A stretch of 64,000 nucleotides of DNA from positions 1,794,108 through 1,858,107 of the forward strand of contig NC_068990.1 in NCBI RefSeq assembly GCF_001194135.2. The letters run 5' to 3'. Below, one piece after another: positions 26,676-40,030 of this stretch. This DNA comes from Octopus bimaculoides. Taxonomy: Eukaryota. The notes under the pieces are model-generated. The model saw only the letters and a list, made by a program, of their open reading frames with translations, made no database searches and was not told where the DNA came from. Numbering within the stretch: position 1 is the first letter of the stretch; each line of letters begins with the position of its first letter. The position numbers and the translations under genes were made by a program.

Positions 26676-27432
26676 CTTAAATCACTCATTTTCCTCTGAA
26701 ATTATTAACAATTTTTTTAAAACCGAAAATGTTTCTCTCACAGGTTTTAAGTGCATAGTGAAAAAAAAGGGTCAAAATCGTTTCGAGCTGGGGTGGTGAG
26801 AGGGTGGCAGGAGTGAAAAAAATTTTCAGAATTTTTTTTTTCTTTCGTCAAAAGATGCCTCCCATCATTCTGAAGACTTTGGTGGAAAACATTGGAAAAA
26901 ATCCTTGTCAAAAACGGAGAAATTTGAACTTATGTGGGCTGTCTGATACAAAACTCTATTTTCCAGAAATTCTACCTCCTACCCGCTTTCAAAAATTTTG
27001 CCCACAAATTTCTTTGTAATCATAATCTACACCGTTTGAAAGATAATTATATAAAATTTCATTAACAAATACCTATTTTCCAGAAAGTCATGAGGGGGAA
27101 AATGTCGGGTCCTGGGAATTTTCTGAAACTCCTCACCCCCAATCCCTCAAAATGTTTTCCAACAAATCTTTCCATACACTTAATCTACAGGATATAAGTG
27201 ATTATTTGGTGAAAGTTTCATTAAAAAGTATTCATTTTTTCTGGAAGTTATGAGGCAACAAAATCAGTGGGGTACTAAACTGTACATATACTTTTTTTCA
27301 ATAAAAGTTGATGTTAACAGATTAACATTAACTTCTATTACATTTTCAAAGAATTAATGATTAACACAGTTAACTTTTTGGTTAACAGATTAACGATTAA
27401 CAAAGTTAACTTTGCAATTAACGGTGCCCACC
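26676..27432. mobile_element. Non-autonomous DNA-transposon-like sequence with TTAAC-rich terminus
   Basis: Ends ...TTAACGGTGCCCACCTCTG after about ten TTAAC motifs (27315-27425); degenerate ~160-bp internal modules at 26860-27280. Superfamily not determinable. Confidence 0.5.
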
Positions 27433-27434
27433 TC

Positions 27435-27492
<58 letters not shown>

Positions 27493-29087
27493 TTGCAATG
27501 ACTTTGAATATAAGTCTTATTCAGGATCGGCCTAGAACTAAACAACAACATTTATGTCTATGGACCCAGGGTCATTGTAAAGTAGGTGTCTTTGCAATTG
27601 AGAGACTGCAGCAAAGGGGACAAAATATGATGTATTGATGCCCGAGTAACGTGACATCAAACACTCCATTAATTTGATTGTGTTTTTCCTGTCTATCCAT
27701 TTGATAATGAACATTAGAAGCTGGATAAGGGATAGTGGATGCTCATATGTCTAGCACATGCTCACACACGACTACATATAAGTAATGCTAATAATATTGA
27801 TTCTAAATTTTAATATCTATGAATTGGTCACATTCGGTTCAGTCATGTTTTTAACTAAAATAAGACATCAATGGGAAAATATATAAAAGAAAATGTTAAG
27901 TTAATATTGAAACCAAATATCAAAAGACAAGCATTGAATGATGCCTGTCTATGGACAGAGATGAAAGTGTAGAAAAATAGAAAAAGGAAATCTAAAACAA
28001 AAAAAGAACTTGATGCCAGAATTGAACATTTCATAGAAATGATATAGTGTTATGATTAAGTGTTTCCACAGAAGTTGCTATGACAACAAGCTGATTCATA
28101 TTTTTTGGTTAGCAATAGTTCTTAAAATATTTAATATTTCATTACATAATCAAATTTGAAGAAGAAACTTTGATAATGTTAAAGTGTAAAAGCATAAAAT
28201 GTGTTTACAGCCAAAAGGGATGAGAGTCATAATTATCTGGTTGGCCAAGGTTGGGTTAATTTGGTACAATCAGGAGACATTTTGGTGAAGAACAATCCAT
28301 TAATTAATGGTATTGTATGGTAAGTTCTGTTGTTTGTGGATGGTGAGGTAGAGGTGATCTTAACTTCTCAGACACTGATTTATACTTTTGCAAAGAAGCA
28401 TTACATTTCATACTAACTCCAGCTGTATGAAAAGCGGTTTATCTATAACTACTGAGATTTTTCTGTCTAATACTGAAATGTCATCAAATATTCTAGATGA
28501 CTCTGTTATTATATGAAGTGTATGAGAATGACTAATGGCAGATCGCCAAGTTGGCAAGGAACCAGAGATCAGTGGCTTGTAACCTTCACACTTTTCTCTG
28601 TTCATAGCATGACACTTAGCATCGAACAGTCCAATTTACAGTCATAAGTAATTACCATAATGGCAATAGTTATATTATGTGGCTGTGGCATAGATATTTC
28701 ATTTTCAGTCACATAGTCTATGTTAGCTGTGAGAAACTTATTGTTTATTCAGGTCAATGGGCTTATGATTAAAGATGCTCTAACCATGATCCTTTGATCT
28801 GTTGTTTCGAGCATAGGCTATCTAGGACATAAAACAGTGGGCAGGCAAGCAATTGTCTGCATTTTCTTCTGTCAGCCACTACTGAGATGGATCTCATCAC
28901 ACCATGCTTGAAATTCCTATCCTCCATGATCTTTAGCAGATCCTTAATTACATATTATGTATACCTGCCAATAATAGCATCAATGTCATTGAGAAGGACA
29001 TACATGACATCTCAAATGGCATCTCAAATGTAATATACAGCAACAATCTACTTAGCTGTAAATAACTTGTTATTCTTTAGATTTAGG

Positions 29088-29193
29088 TCAGCTGCATCCA
29101 ATTGGACCTCTGATCAGCTGCATCCAATTGGACCTCTGATCAGCTGCATCCAATTGGACCTCTGATCAGCTGCATCCAATTGGACCTCTGATC
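29088..29193. repeat. Perfect 26-bp tandem repeat x4
   Basis: TCAGCTGCATCCAATTGGACCTCTGA at 29088, 29114, 29140, 29166. Confidence 0.97.
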
Positions 29194-32100
29194 TATGACT
29201 ATGCCATCCTTTTTTTCTAAGCACTGTGTGTCTACAATGTAAAACTGTGGATGGATGACCAGCCTGTGTGCCATCTGCTGAGAACAGCCCTAAACTGATT
29301 ACAGAAGTAAGCATTCATCAAGGAAATTGCTTTGATCTGATGGCATGAGAAAGCAGAGAGACAGAGTTACTTTTACTGGCTTGTGGTAGTATTAGTAATT
29401 AACCTCAGGTAAAACCAGTAAATCTATAATCAAAGGTGTTTTAACCATGACCATTTCACTAATTTTTTTAGACACATACTATCATCTAGGACTAAATTAT
29501 CAAATTTCTCCTTTCTTACTAAGATAGTGGGTGGCTGTGATTGAGGGGGATTTTGTTGCTATTTCTAGAATGTTGAACAACCATGTAAAAACTTTGAAAG
29601 GCTTAGTTGTACATAGCATGACAGGATAGAGCCTAACATTGTGGCATCCATTGTAAGATCTATTACAATTAAACCCTATATGTGTTATTTTGTGGTGATG
29701 ATTTAAATAATCTCAGGGCTACAAATATACTGGCATGGTATCGTGTATGAAAGTTGTGTCCCAACTGCTTCAAACCACGAAAGCAGCTGTGACAAAGATG
29801 GATCCATTTGTGGTAAAATTATCTTGCATAGTTGCATAGTATCCTGTGAAGATGAGTGTGCACTACTTCATGCAATGGAAACAGCTGTGATATGGTTAAA
29901 AGCACTTGTATGCAGAAATTTGCCATAATTGTGTCAGAGGAGAAGAAATTTCTGTCTGCCTTATATTGTTCAGTTTTCTTTGCTATAAATTGGTATTGCA
30001 AAATAAAATCAGCAACAACACAATAAAACCGTGGGCTAATTGGCTCCAATTCTCCAAGGTAACATTGCTTAGATATCTAAAACCTTGACTGATGTCGTCA
30101 ATCTCACCTCCAAGTTTCATTTGGTTTTGACTGCTGTCAGTACTTTATGTAGGAAACATGTGGCATATTTGCAGAGGTGATATGTTACTGTGGGTTACTG
30201 TATTTGTTGATTGAAACATTGATTTTGTGTATATTATCTTTAACACCTTTTTTTAATAATTTCTGTTAGGAGAGAGAAGGAGGGAGAGAGAGAGAGAAGT
30301 GAGGTGCAGGCAGATAGAGAAAGGTTCGAAGTAGATGTTGTTGAACGTATATTTAATATTTGAGTTTTGGTTGCCTTAGGCTACTACAGTATATTCCGAC
30401 GATAGCAAAGATAATTTAACAAAACTGAGATTTTTTTTCTCCCATATTTTCATGCAGGAATTTTATGTATAATATTACATATATGTTATTTTTCACATTT
30501 CTCTTGTGTGTAGGTAATAGTTTTACTACATTAGTTCACACGTCTCACTCAATCAAACTTTTCTTGAAAAATGAAAACCAACAAAATAAATATGTAAATG
30601 ATTTTATTCTACGTAGTCAAATGTGATCAGAGAACAGAATATAATTGCAAGACAGCATTGCCTGAAATAAAATATTTAGCATATTCAAAGACCTAGTCTT
30701 CAGTGAGATTCCAGCTGTACAACAGAAACTGATATTAATAATGATTTTTAGCAAAGACACAGGGACCGATATTTGATGATAGGGGTTTAGTAAATTATAT
30801 GAATCCCAGTAATTTATTGGTGTCATATGTCATCAATATTGGAAGGATGAAAGGCAAAAATGGCCTCAGCAGGAATTGTTTGCAGAACATGAAGAGGCAA
30901 AACAAATACTGCAAGAGATTGTTTCTGATTCTATAATGATTCTTTCACTTTTCTAATAATTGTTTCTAAGATGGGCAGAAAACCTGAAATCTAGGGGAAG
31001 GAGTTCATTGATTAAATCAACTCCAATTACTGACTGGCACTTTATTTCATTGATCCCAGTAGGAAGAAAAGCAAAGGTGACCAAGCCATGATTTGAACTC
31101 AGAACAAAATGAATCATAAACCAATTAAATTGATGGACTCCCTTGCTGAAACTGGCAGATGAGGGATCTACAATTTCTTGCTGAACAACCTGTGTAGATG
31201 ATTTTTCTATAGTGATCAAATGCTGTACATTAGCTCCCTCCTGCCATCAGATTCACTCTGCTTGTACATGTGCACAATATGCCACATGGCAGATGTTGAT
31301 GATCGATCACAGAGCAATGTGAAGTGGAGTGTTTTGCTCAAGAACACAATGCACCATGAGTTCCTGGGATAGAAGCCATGATCTTGCAATCATGAGTGCA
31401 ACAACCTAATCACTATGTCACACTGTCAGGTCAAGCTTTTCTGGAAGTTGTCTATAGTCCGCAAACTCAAAATCATTTGAATTGACTGCTAGATTAATTT
31501 TCATTGATGGCATGAGTTTCTCTGAAAATATCTTTCCTTATTTACGCCACAAATTTCTATGAATGCAATGACTGACACACTACTGACCAACAATACATAT
31601 TTTTGATACCCAATCTTGATTTCATTTGACTCAACGATGTAGTTCTGTCAAAGAAATGTGCAGTGGAAAAGCAAGTCACGCAAATCATGTCCACTTACCA
31701 TCAAGGAACAACTACAGATGCAACATCTTCAGCTTATGCTGGAGATTTCTTAGTTTGGAATTATGAAGCCTACCATGTTGAGCAGGATTGACACAGAAGC
31801 AAGTGCACACATGCATGCAAGTACACACACACACACACATGCACAATGGGATTCTTTCAGTTTCCATCTACCATTTCTACTCACAAGGAATGATTGGTTC
31901 AGTGCTGTATAAGAAGCCATTTGTCCAAAGTGCTGCACAGTGAGACTGAACATTAAACCATGTTGTTGCGAAGTGAACTTTTTTAACTATACAGCAAGGT
32001 ATGTGTGTGTCTTTGTGTGTACATGTGTGTGTGTGTGTGTGTGTTCGAGCTTAAATCATTAATGTTCTTTGGTGAGACTTAAAGGCCATTAACATAATTT

Positions 32101-33039
32101 TAGATATTACATACAATCAATGAGTATATTCTAAGTATAATAAACAAATGCGTTCACCTTGTGACTCTAAGTGTTAGTGTGTGTGTGTGTATTTGCATTT
32201 GTTTCTATGTATATATGTGCATGAGTCTCTTACTCTCTATGTATATATGTGCATGAGTCTCTTACTCTCTGTCTCTATTAGCATGAACATGAATGAAGTT
32301 ATCTCCTCAACACAACGACGGTGTTATGTGCATCTCCTTTCGAGTGGACGAATATTTTTTATGGCTTTCTAAGGATATTTATTTACGTAATTCCACTGAG
32401 AAGCTCTATCATTTTTTTTCTTTGAACTTTATTCACTGTGTCAGCAAATCACTAAAAAGAAATTGTTTCTGAAGGGCTTGCTTGGAAGTGCCATTCCTGA
32501 AAGTTGACCAAGATAAGAGAACTTGGCAGAAATGGTAAATTTCTTCAAATAAATCCCTTTACCCTACATCAGTCAGTTTGGTAATGTAGTGCAGAAAGAA
32601 TTAGTGGTGATAGAAGCATTTTTTTTTGTTTTTTGTTTTATTTTTTATTAGTCCATTTTATTTAATTTTTGTATATTTATTCCTTTATGGCTAAGGACAT
32701 TTACCTCCAAATAGAAAACAGTATAAAGAAAGAAGTAAATTTGATCTTTCAACTCATTAGCTGCTTATATAATTATCAGCTGGTGGTTTTAAAAATCTTC
32801 CATAGAAAGCTTAAAAGGTTTGGGAGAAAAACTGGTGCAGCCATAAATGGCTGCATAGATAAAAAAAGTTTGGTTTGCATCCATGCGTTCTGGGTTTGAA
32901 CCTACTATGTGACAGCTTGGGAATGACTTCTTATCTTCTTAGTTCAACCCAGCCAAAGCCATCTGAGTGAAATTTAGTTTAAAGAAAACTGAAAACTGCA
33001 CACTGATATCTCATAAATATTTACATAGCCACTATGACT

Positions 33040-33350
33040 TTTTCTATTTTCTCTCCCTGTTTATTTATGTGTTCCTTTCTGTCAAAGAGTGTAGGCTCGA
33101 AACGTAATGTAAAAGACTTTCTCACTTCCCGAACGTTAAACTAATACATCTGTTTGTTGTTTACACACCTGTCTTCATCTTTTGTTTTTTTGTAAATTCT
33201 CACTATATATATATATGGAAAACAGACAAAGTAGAAAATGCTAAAATACTTTTATAAAGAACATTACAGAACCGGTTTCGATCCTTGAGATCTTTTCAAC
33301 AGTAAATATGAATAATAAATTTTTGAAAAATTATTGAAAAATTAAATTTT
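33040..33350. mobile_element. Two Penelope-like termini in opposite orientation
   Basis: Plus: CTGTCAA-A-GAGT-gtag-GCTC-GAAACGTA (33079-33106). Minus: CTGTTGA-AAA-GATC-tcaag-GATC-GAAACCGGT (~33272-33303). Confidence 0.45.
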
Positions 33351-33699
33351 GGTAAATTTAAAAGAAAAGTCTTTTTAAAGACATATTTGTATAGTATTCA
33401 AATAACAGGGGCATTTTTCTTGTTTCTGCCTGTCTCTGTTTCACCTGTTAACTCTTGTGGGTTCAAAGAAGGAGTGCTATGATAGTAGCAGAGTGTTAAT
33501 TGGTTGGGTATCCTGACATTGACCTGTTGATGGTCGTAGTGATCTGTATAACACCTACGCAAACATTATAAACAATACAGATCACTGGTCAGTTGAAACA
33601 TTTGTTTACAAAATATGGTGAATGTTAGATGATATTAGCCAAAAAGACAAAGAATTTAAAAGATTATTTTTCAAAAAATAACCGTGCACTACGTGTATG

Positions 33700-34044
33700 A
33701 TGTGAATACAATGAAGCCACTTCAATAACAGGGGAACAAGAAGGAATGTGCTTCTTAATACCTTGCATGAAGCTAGCTTTAAATGACTCCAACCTTCCTT
33801 TCATTTTGGAATGAGTTCAGTTCCCTGTAAGGCTGTCCTTCACTCCAATAATAAATAAGGCACTGGGACAGACAACAAAACTGGAATATATTTGCCATAT
33901 CCTGTATTCAGCCATGTGTTATTTTCTAGAGCCAGGAAATGATCTGATGCGGCAGTAATAGTAGTTGAGACCAACCGATTAGGGAACTTGGAAGGTAAAA
34001 CTCTTACAAAAAACACAGTGTATAAAGAAGTGCTGAGAGAGTAA
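33700..34044 (+). pseudogene. Helitron RepHel PIF1-helicase C-terminal remnant
   Basis: YNEATSITGEQEGMCFLIPCMKLALNDSNLPFILE*VQFPVRLSFTPIINKALGQT / (frameshift) PVFSHV-LFSRAR / ...KNTVYKEVLRE*, collinear with the conserved Helitron motifs IPRI.L...LPF..R.QFPVRLAFAMTINKSQGQT, PVFSHGQLYVA.SR and terminal N.VY.EV. Confidence 0.85.
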
Positions 34045-34729
34045 ATCTAGAATTTTATTAATCTCATGTATTTGTGTGCCATTCATATTACATTCAGTTC
34101 ATACAGTTTGTAAAGTATTTTCTGTGATCACATACAATAACTATTTCATACATATTTAAATTATTTCATGTTTTGTGTTTCTCTTTATATGTGTATATCA
34201 CATACAGTTTGTATAGTCCTGTTTGTAATGTAGAATGTTTGTATCTAATTCAGTGAGTAAGCTAATGTTTCTTCCTATGTACATATAATCATATGAAATA
34301 TAGCATGTATATATTTATTTATTTTGTAAATATGTAATAAAAATTATAAATAATAAACATTTAATCAATATACATGAATGAGTTTAATCTTTTTAACTCA
34401 TCTTTTATTTCCTTAAACCATAAAGCACATCGTATCTGTCAAATGTCAAAAGAGGTAAATAAGCAATACCTTCGAAATTCATTTCAATTATATTTAGAAG
34501 CACTGTTTGATTAAATGGCGGGATATCAAAAGAATATTTTGAAACTCCTTGCTTGTGTTTAATATACTAACATAATGTTTTCAAATGTTCTGACTTATAT
34601 CATGGAATTTCTATAGGTCTTGCTAGTATTTCATAATTTTATTGTGCAAACAGCGTTTATCAAATTCAAGTGTATTAAATAAAAATACAGGTTAAATGAA
34701 AGTGAAAACAGTTTTATCTAATTCAAATA

Positions 34730-35272
34730 TTATATTGCAATGCATCATAGGGTCTAGGTGTCTCATTTATAATTTTTATAATGTGGCTCTCCACTCATGA
34801 TAACAGCAAAACTAATTGCATTCCAGTGCTTTGAGACAACATGTGCTTTCTCCAGATGGCCTCTGGTGTTCATCAAGGCCAATTTGAAACACGAAAGTGT
34901 ATGCAGACTCCAAGGCATATTTGAAACTCCTGATGTAGCCATTCTTTTTGTGGACTGTTATCTTGAAGTTTAAGAGTCAAATCAAACTTTGTGCCTAGGA
35001 AGATAGTGTTTTCTTTCATAAGCCTTGTCTCTCTGTGTCATCAAAAAGGTAGTTGCAAAAGTCTTTTGGATATCAGAGTTATACTTTCAGGTGTTCTTCA
35101 AAAACTGATTGAATACCTCAGTAGTGACAACAAGAATATGTTTTAGGAGTTCAGGTAGATCAGAAAGGACTGGTAGATTAACTTTGTTCATACATCACAT
35201 TCCATCTGTATTTTGTTTCCATTTCCTGACTAAGTGCTTGTCAAAAATTTTGGACATAGTACTAGTTGAAAT
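34730..35272 (-). pseudogene. Helitron RepHel N-terminal (pre-Rep) remnant
   Basis: Minus strand, with stops and frameshifts: MSKIFDKHLVRKWKQNTDGM*CMNKVNLPVLSDLPELLKHIL...FLKNT*KYNS; KNGYIRSFKYALE...QRPSGE...ECN*FAVIMSGE; INETPRPYDALQY. These match Helitron KWK.E..GMCC..GKV.LP, FL.NIRKYNS, YVRSFK, RPSGEH.RRFNAP, ETHRSYDALQYP. Confidence 0.85.
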
Positions 35273-35419
35273 TATTTTATCAGAGTACTGATAGTGTCCC
35301 AAATTTTTTTCCATCCTGTTCTTGTTGTAGCTATTATACTTTCAGAACATGTTCCACCTCAACTGTTTATGATGCAGAGCTAACAGTAACTATCGATTAC
35401 TTCTATGAAATCTTCTAAT

Positions 35420-35870
35420 CATCATCACCATCATTATCGTCGCTTAACATCCTCCTTCCATGCTGGCATGGGTTGGATGGTTTGACAGGAGCTGACCAGG
35501 CAAGAACCTACACTATGCTTCTGTGTCTGTTTTGGCAAGGTTTTTATGGCTGGATGTCCTTCTTAACACCAGCCGAGAGTGGGCTGAATGCTTTTTACGT
35601 GGCACTTACAAAGGCAAGGTCAGTTTTGGCATGGTTTTTAGAGTTGGTTGCCCTTCCAAATACCAACCATTTTACAGTGTGGATTGGGTGATTTTTAAGT
35701 GGCACCTGCACTGGCAGGGTCACCAAGTAGCTTTGCAAGACAAGGAATCGTTGAGAGAGGCAGGGGCACTGGAGGAAGTGATCTTGTGTCAGATGATGAA
35801 AGGTTAGAGTGTGACAGAGTGACAGAAACAGATGTTTTGCTGTAGAGGAGGTACATGACTACCCAGCCAA
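35420..35870 (-). mobile_element. SINE family C
   Basis: (CAT)nCGTCGCTTAACATCCTCCTTCCATGCTGGCATGGGTTGG, two core copies (GGATGTCCTTCTTAACACCAGCC; GTTGCCCTTCCAAATACCAACC). Confidence 0.7.
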
Positions 35871-37274
35871 AGAGAGAGAGAGAGAGGAAGAAAGGAAGAG
35901 GAAGAGAGAGAAAGAGAACAAAAAAGAAATTATTTTGTTCTATGACTGCAAACTACACCTGTGCATCTACCACATAGCTGTGCACTCTCCACTAGCCTCT
36001 CTGTGATCTCAGTTCACCATTTGTGCACCAAAATTCCACATTGAGTGCATCACAAATCAATGTTTCATAAAAGAGGTTATGATGGATTTCGATCTCATTT
36101 TTTAAATTTAAGTGGAAAGTTAGAACAATTTTCAAAAACTGATAAAAAATAATTATAAAGGAGGAATAACTATCAAAACAAGAGACACACACAAAAAAAT
36201 TAATATATTTTAGCTTTTTTAATTTTTTTTTAATTAAATGTTAGTCAAAAATGGAAACTAAAGCCTGAGGCTGCACTCAGTAATTATAAATGTTTAAATA
36301 GCAGGAAAACTATTTCAAATTGTTGATGCAGAACTTATTGCAAGGTTAATGTTGACAAAGTTTATTTTCTCTCATCAGAATCTATTTTTACTATTGATTT
36401 GGAATGTAGGTGCAAGGTTTCAAATTTTGAAGATGGCTATAGTCATTTAGAAAGACCCCCCCACTCCAATATTCATGTAGTATGTGGTGTTTTTGCCTTG
36501 CTTTGAGCCTTTAACTCTTGATGGCGGCATAAGAAGATAAGGAAACTGTTGTGGTATACAAATCTATTCTGTTTGATTTGGCAGAACTCATCTGTTTACA
36601 AGCCTTACCAATACCAATATCAGATAGATAGATAGATGGACAGACAGACAGACAGATAGCTAGATAGATATATAGCTAGCTAGCTATATGTCTAACTATA
36701 TGGACATATAAGAAGAAGAAGGAGAAGGAGAAGAAGAAGAAGAAGAAGTTGTAGTAGTATCAGCAGCAGTAGCTTCAATACTAGACTGAGGCATTATTTA
36801 TCAACTTGAAGAGAGAATCAAAAGTAAATTTGACTTTGGTAGGATTTGAAATAAGATTTCATAAATGATCTGGAATAAATATAGCAAAGTATTCTATCTG
36901 ATACTCTAATTACTCTCACAATTAACCACCTCATTGATGATATTTAAACACTCCAGAAAATGTAAAAGCCAATTTCAACTTTGGCAAGATACAAGCACAG
37001 AACATGAATGTGTTACAGAATATCTATGCAAGTGCCTGCTACTATAGGCCTGGGCTTTAGTGGATTCTGTAAATAGAAACTTATAGAAGTACATTGTATG
37101 TGTGTGAGTGTTTATATATATTTCAACCTTTCTTGGTCTTTTCAGTGGTGTACACTTACTTAAGTGCTAAAGATTTTGTTTGGCAAAATAGAAAATACAA
37201 GAGGTGGGTGTCCACAGCAAAACTGCTTTAATAGTAATAATAACAATAATAATGATAATAATAATAACAACAAC

Positions 37275-37339
<65 letters not shown>

Positions 37340-37351
37340 TAATAATAAAAA

Positions 37352-37443
37352 TATATATAACATACAGAAAATTGCACTACTGGGCACTGCACACGTCCTA
37401 CGCAAAACACTTTCAATACAGTAACCATAAGTGCACGACAGCA
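37352..37443 (+). mobile_element. R4/Dong-clade LINE, extreme 3' end after an (AAT)n tract
   Basis: NIQKIALLGTAHVLRKTLSIQ* matches the QK..LLGTAHILRK.L C-terminus of REL-endonuclease LINEs; follows (AAT)n at 37230-37347. Confidence 0.75.
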
Positions 37444-37479
37444 AGTAGATTTGGTAGACAGAAACTTAAAGAAGACCGT

Positions 37480-37520
<41 letters not shown>

Positions 37521-37686
37521 TGGAAGGTTTGGAGGTGATGTACAGAAATTATATTATAGAAAAAAAATTAAGGTACTCAGAAATCTGGATGTTTGTACAT
37601 TTACAGATTTTTATTAATGTCACATGTTTTATAAATTAAATAAAGCACTTTTCACCTAATCGTGTAGGATTTTCAAATTGTTTTTG

Positions 37687-37718
<32 letters not shown>

Positions 37719-37748
37719 GCTAAACTGGCAATATGACCATCCCCAAGT

Positions 37749-37800
<52 letters not shown>

Positions 37801-38030
37801 TTATATGTGTGTGTTTTTGTGTCTTTATTTGTCCCTCCCACCATCGCTTGGCAACTGATGCTGGTGTGCTTATGTCCCTGAAACTTAGCAGTTTGGCAAA
37901 AGAGACCGATAGGATAAGTATTAGGCTTACAGGCTTACAAAGAATAAGTCCTAAGGTCAATTTCTTTGACTAAAGGCAGTTCTCCAGCATGGCCACAGTC
38001 AAATTACTGAAGCGTGTAAAAGAGTAAGTA
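37444..38030 (+). mobile_element. SINE family A (5'-truncated, interrupted centre)
   Basis: GATTTGGTAGACAGAAACTTAAAGAAGACC ... GGCAAAAGAGACCGATAGGATAAGTA ... CAGCATGGCCACAGTCAAATTACTGAA. Confidence 0.7.
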
Positions 38031-38879
38031 CTTGGGTTGATCTGTTCAACTAAGGCTCTTCAAGGTGAGGCCCCAGTATTTCCACAATTCAGTGACTGAA
38101 GCAAGGAAAAGGTAGAAGATGGTAAAAATGTAATGCAAATACTAGAAACATTTTGTAAAATCAGTGATTTTATGTATTAGCATTTATTATTTTAGTGTTG
38201 AATAACAGAAATCTCATCAGTGATGCTGTCAGGAAAATATAGTTTCAAAAAGAGCTCTTTAGCATAGGCAGTCTCAAGCAAGGTGGTATTGAAAGAGTTT
38301 ATAGCAAGATTGAATTGCTAGACTCACAAATAGAAGGTCTTGTGGTATTTGTACTGAATCACTGTGCCCCGAGTTCAATTCCTGTTGAGGTTAACTCCGC
38401 CATTATTCTTTCAGGGTTGATAAAAATTACCTGTCTAAGGTAGTGGATCAATGGAACTCTAAGACCATGGACCTGATACTTCACAGTGACTGTTCCTTTT
38501 GCATTCTGCATTTAAATCCCTCCATGGATGATCAGGTGTGGGCTGGGGGTGGGTCGGGTTTGGGGTATGCACCATTGCAGTGCATTGCTCTACCCACCAT
38601 TTGCTATTTGCTCCTATTGTCCTAGGCAACCCTCCAAGCAGTTTCCTTGTAAGTCCCTATCTCTATGAGATACTGCCTCATCCACTATGACTGTGCAGAG
38701 TGTTGTTGATCTACAGAATCTGTGACCCCAGCCGGAGCATCAAAGAAAAGAAAAACATGATATGCTGGACCAAAAATGGAACAACAGGCAGCATGACAGA
38801 ACAATCTGAGCCAATGCTCTTGAATCATACAAGTAGCAGGACACATCTCAGTTTCTGAATATAGTCATTGGATGATGAT

Positions 38880-39140
38880 GATGATGATGATCATCATCTT
38901 TTAGCAGCTGCCTTCCATGCAGGCATGGGTTGGACAGTTTGACAGGAGCCAACCAGCCAGAAGACTACCCAAAGCTACTGTGTCTATTTTGGTAGGGTTT
39001 TTATGGTGCCCTTCCTAACACCAACCCCTGAGAGCTTTTTACATGAGACCAGCACAGGTGAGGTCAGTTTTGGTATTGTTTTTACAATTGCATGCCCCTC
39101 CAAATGCCAACCACTTTACAGTGTGGACTGGATGCTTTTT
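38880..39140 (-). mobile_element. SINE family C 3' part
   Basis: CTTCCATGCAGGCATGGGTTGGACAG...GCCCTTCCTAACACCAACC...CCAAATGCCAACCACTTTACAG. Confidence 0.7.
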
Positions 39141-39229
39141 ATATGGTAAAATTAATCAGTCACCTCAGGCACCTTTAGTGGATTCCACTATGTTGGTTTC
39201 AAATCTTGGCATTAGTCCAGCGATTTCGG

Positions 39230-39390
39230 TGGAGTGAGCAAGTCGATTACCAGTACTTATTTCATTGACCTCAAATGGATGAAAGGCAAGGTCAACCTCA
39301 GCAGTATTTGAACTCAGAATGGGAAGATGGATGAAATCCCAGCAAGTATTTTGCTCAGTGTGCTCATGATTTTGCCAACTTGCAGACTTA
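39230..39390 (-). mobile_element. SINE family B
   Basis: GTACTTATTTCATTGACC...GAAAGGCAAGGTCAACCTCAGCAGTATTTGAACTCAGAA. Confidence 0.7.
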
Positions 39391-39983
39391 GTTGAGTCCA
39401 CTATATTGCAAGTTGTCACTTTACTCTACCTGTCTCTCCCTTTCAAACGTGTCAGTAACCCTGTAGAGTCATGGAAATTGACCTTTACCCCTGACTGAAA
39501 GATAAACAAATAAAATAAAATAAAATAAATAAATGTGAAGTTCAGTAAATAAACTAAAATGTCAAAATTTCAACCCAAGAAATTTGTTTGAATAACTGTG
39601 ACTACTAAGCCACAATATTCACTTTCTCTTGCTTTATATTGGAAAAAGCATTTCCTTCATCTCAATAGCATAGCGGAGAGTGGAGAGGAAAGAGTGCAAG
39701 AGATGAGAGACAAGAGTAGACTTCAATATCTCATTGTACTCAACTAAAATCCAACTTCAGAGGACTTTTATCTTTAATTTCTCAAAGAGTTTTAAAATGC
39801 AGAAATTTTAATTCATTGCAACCAATTTCAATCAGCTATAATGGTTTTTGAAAACGTAAGCAACAACAGTTGCACGTTTCTATGAAATCTCATGAATAAA
39901 TCTGTATTTAAGTTACAGCACTATGTAAATGAAACATTATGTATATCTGCACACAAACACACATATATATTTCTATTTATTTA

Positions 39984-40030
<47 letters not shown>

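Noticed and set aside
28870-29010. Possible RTE-X C-terminus on minus (IKDLLKIMEDRNF)
   Set aside because: Similarity is too short and degraded to call as a feature.
29088-29193. CRISPR-like appearance of the palindromic 26-mer
   Set aside because: Units are directly adjacent with no spacers, there are no cas genes, and the context is eukaryotic.
35090-35150. Plus-strand GVLQKLIEYLSSDNKNMF* resembling an armadillo repeat
   Set aside because: It is the antisense of the Helitron RepHel remnant.
38624-38652. Possible 23-nt microexon (CCTAG|...CTT|GTAAGT)
   Set aside because: The opposite strand reads like a degraded LINE 3' end; there are no partner exons.
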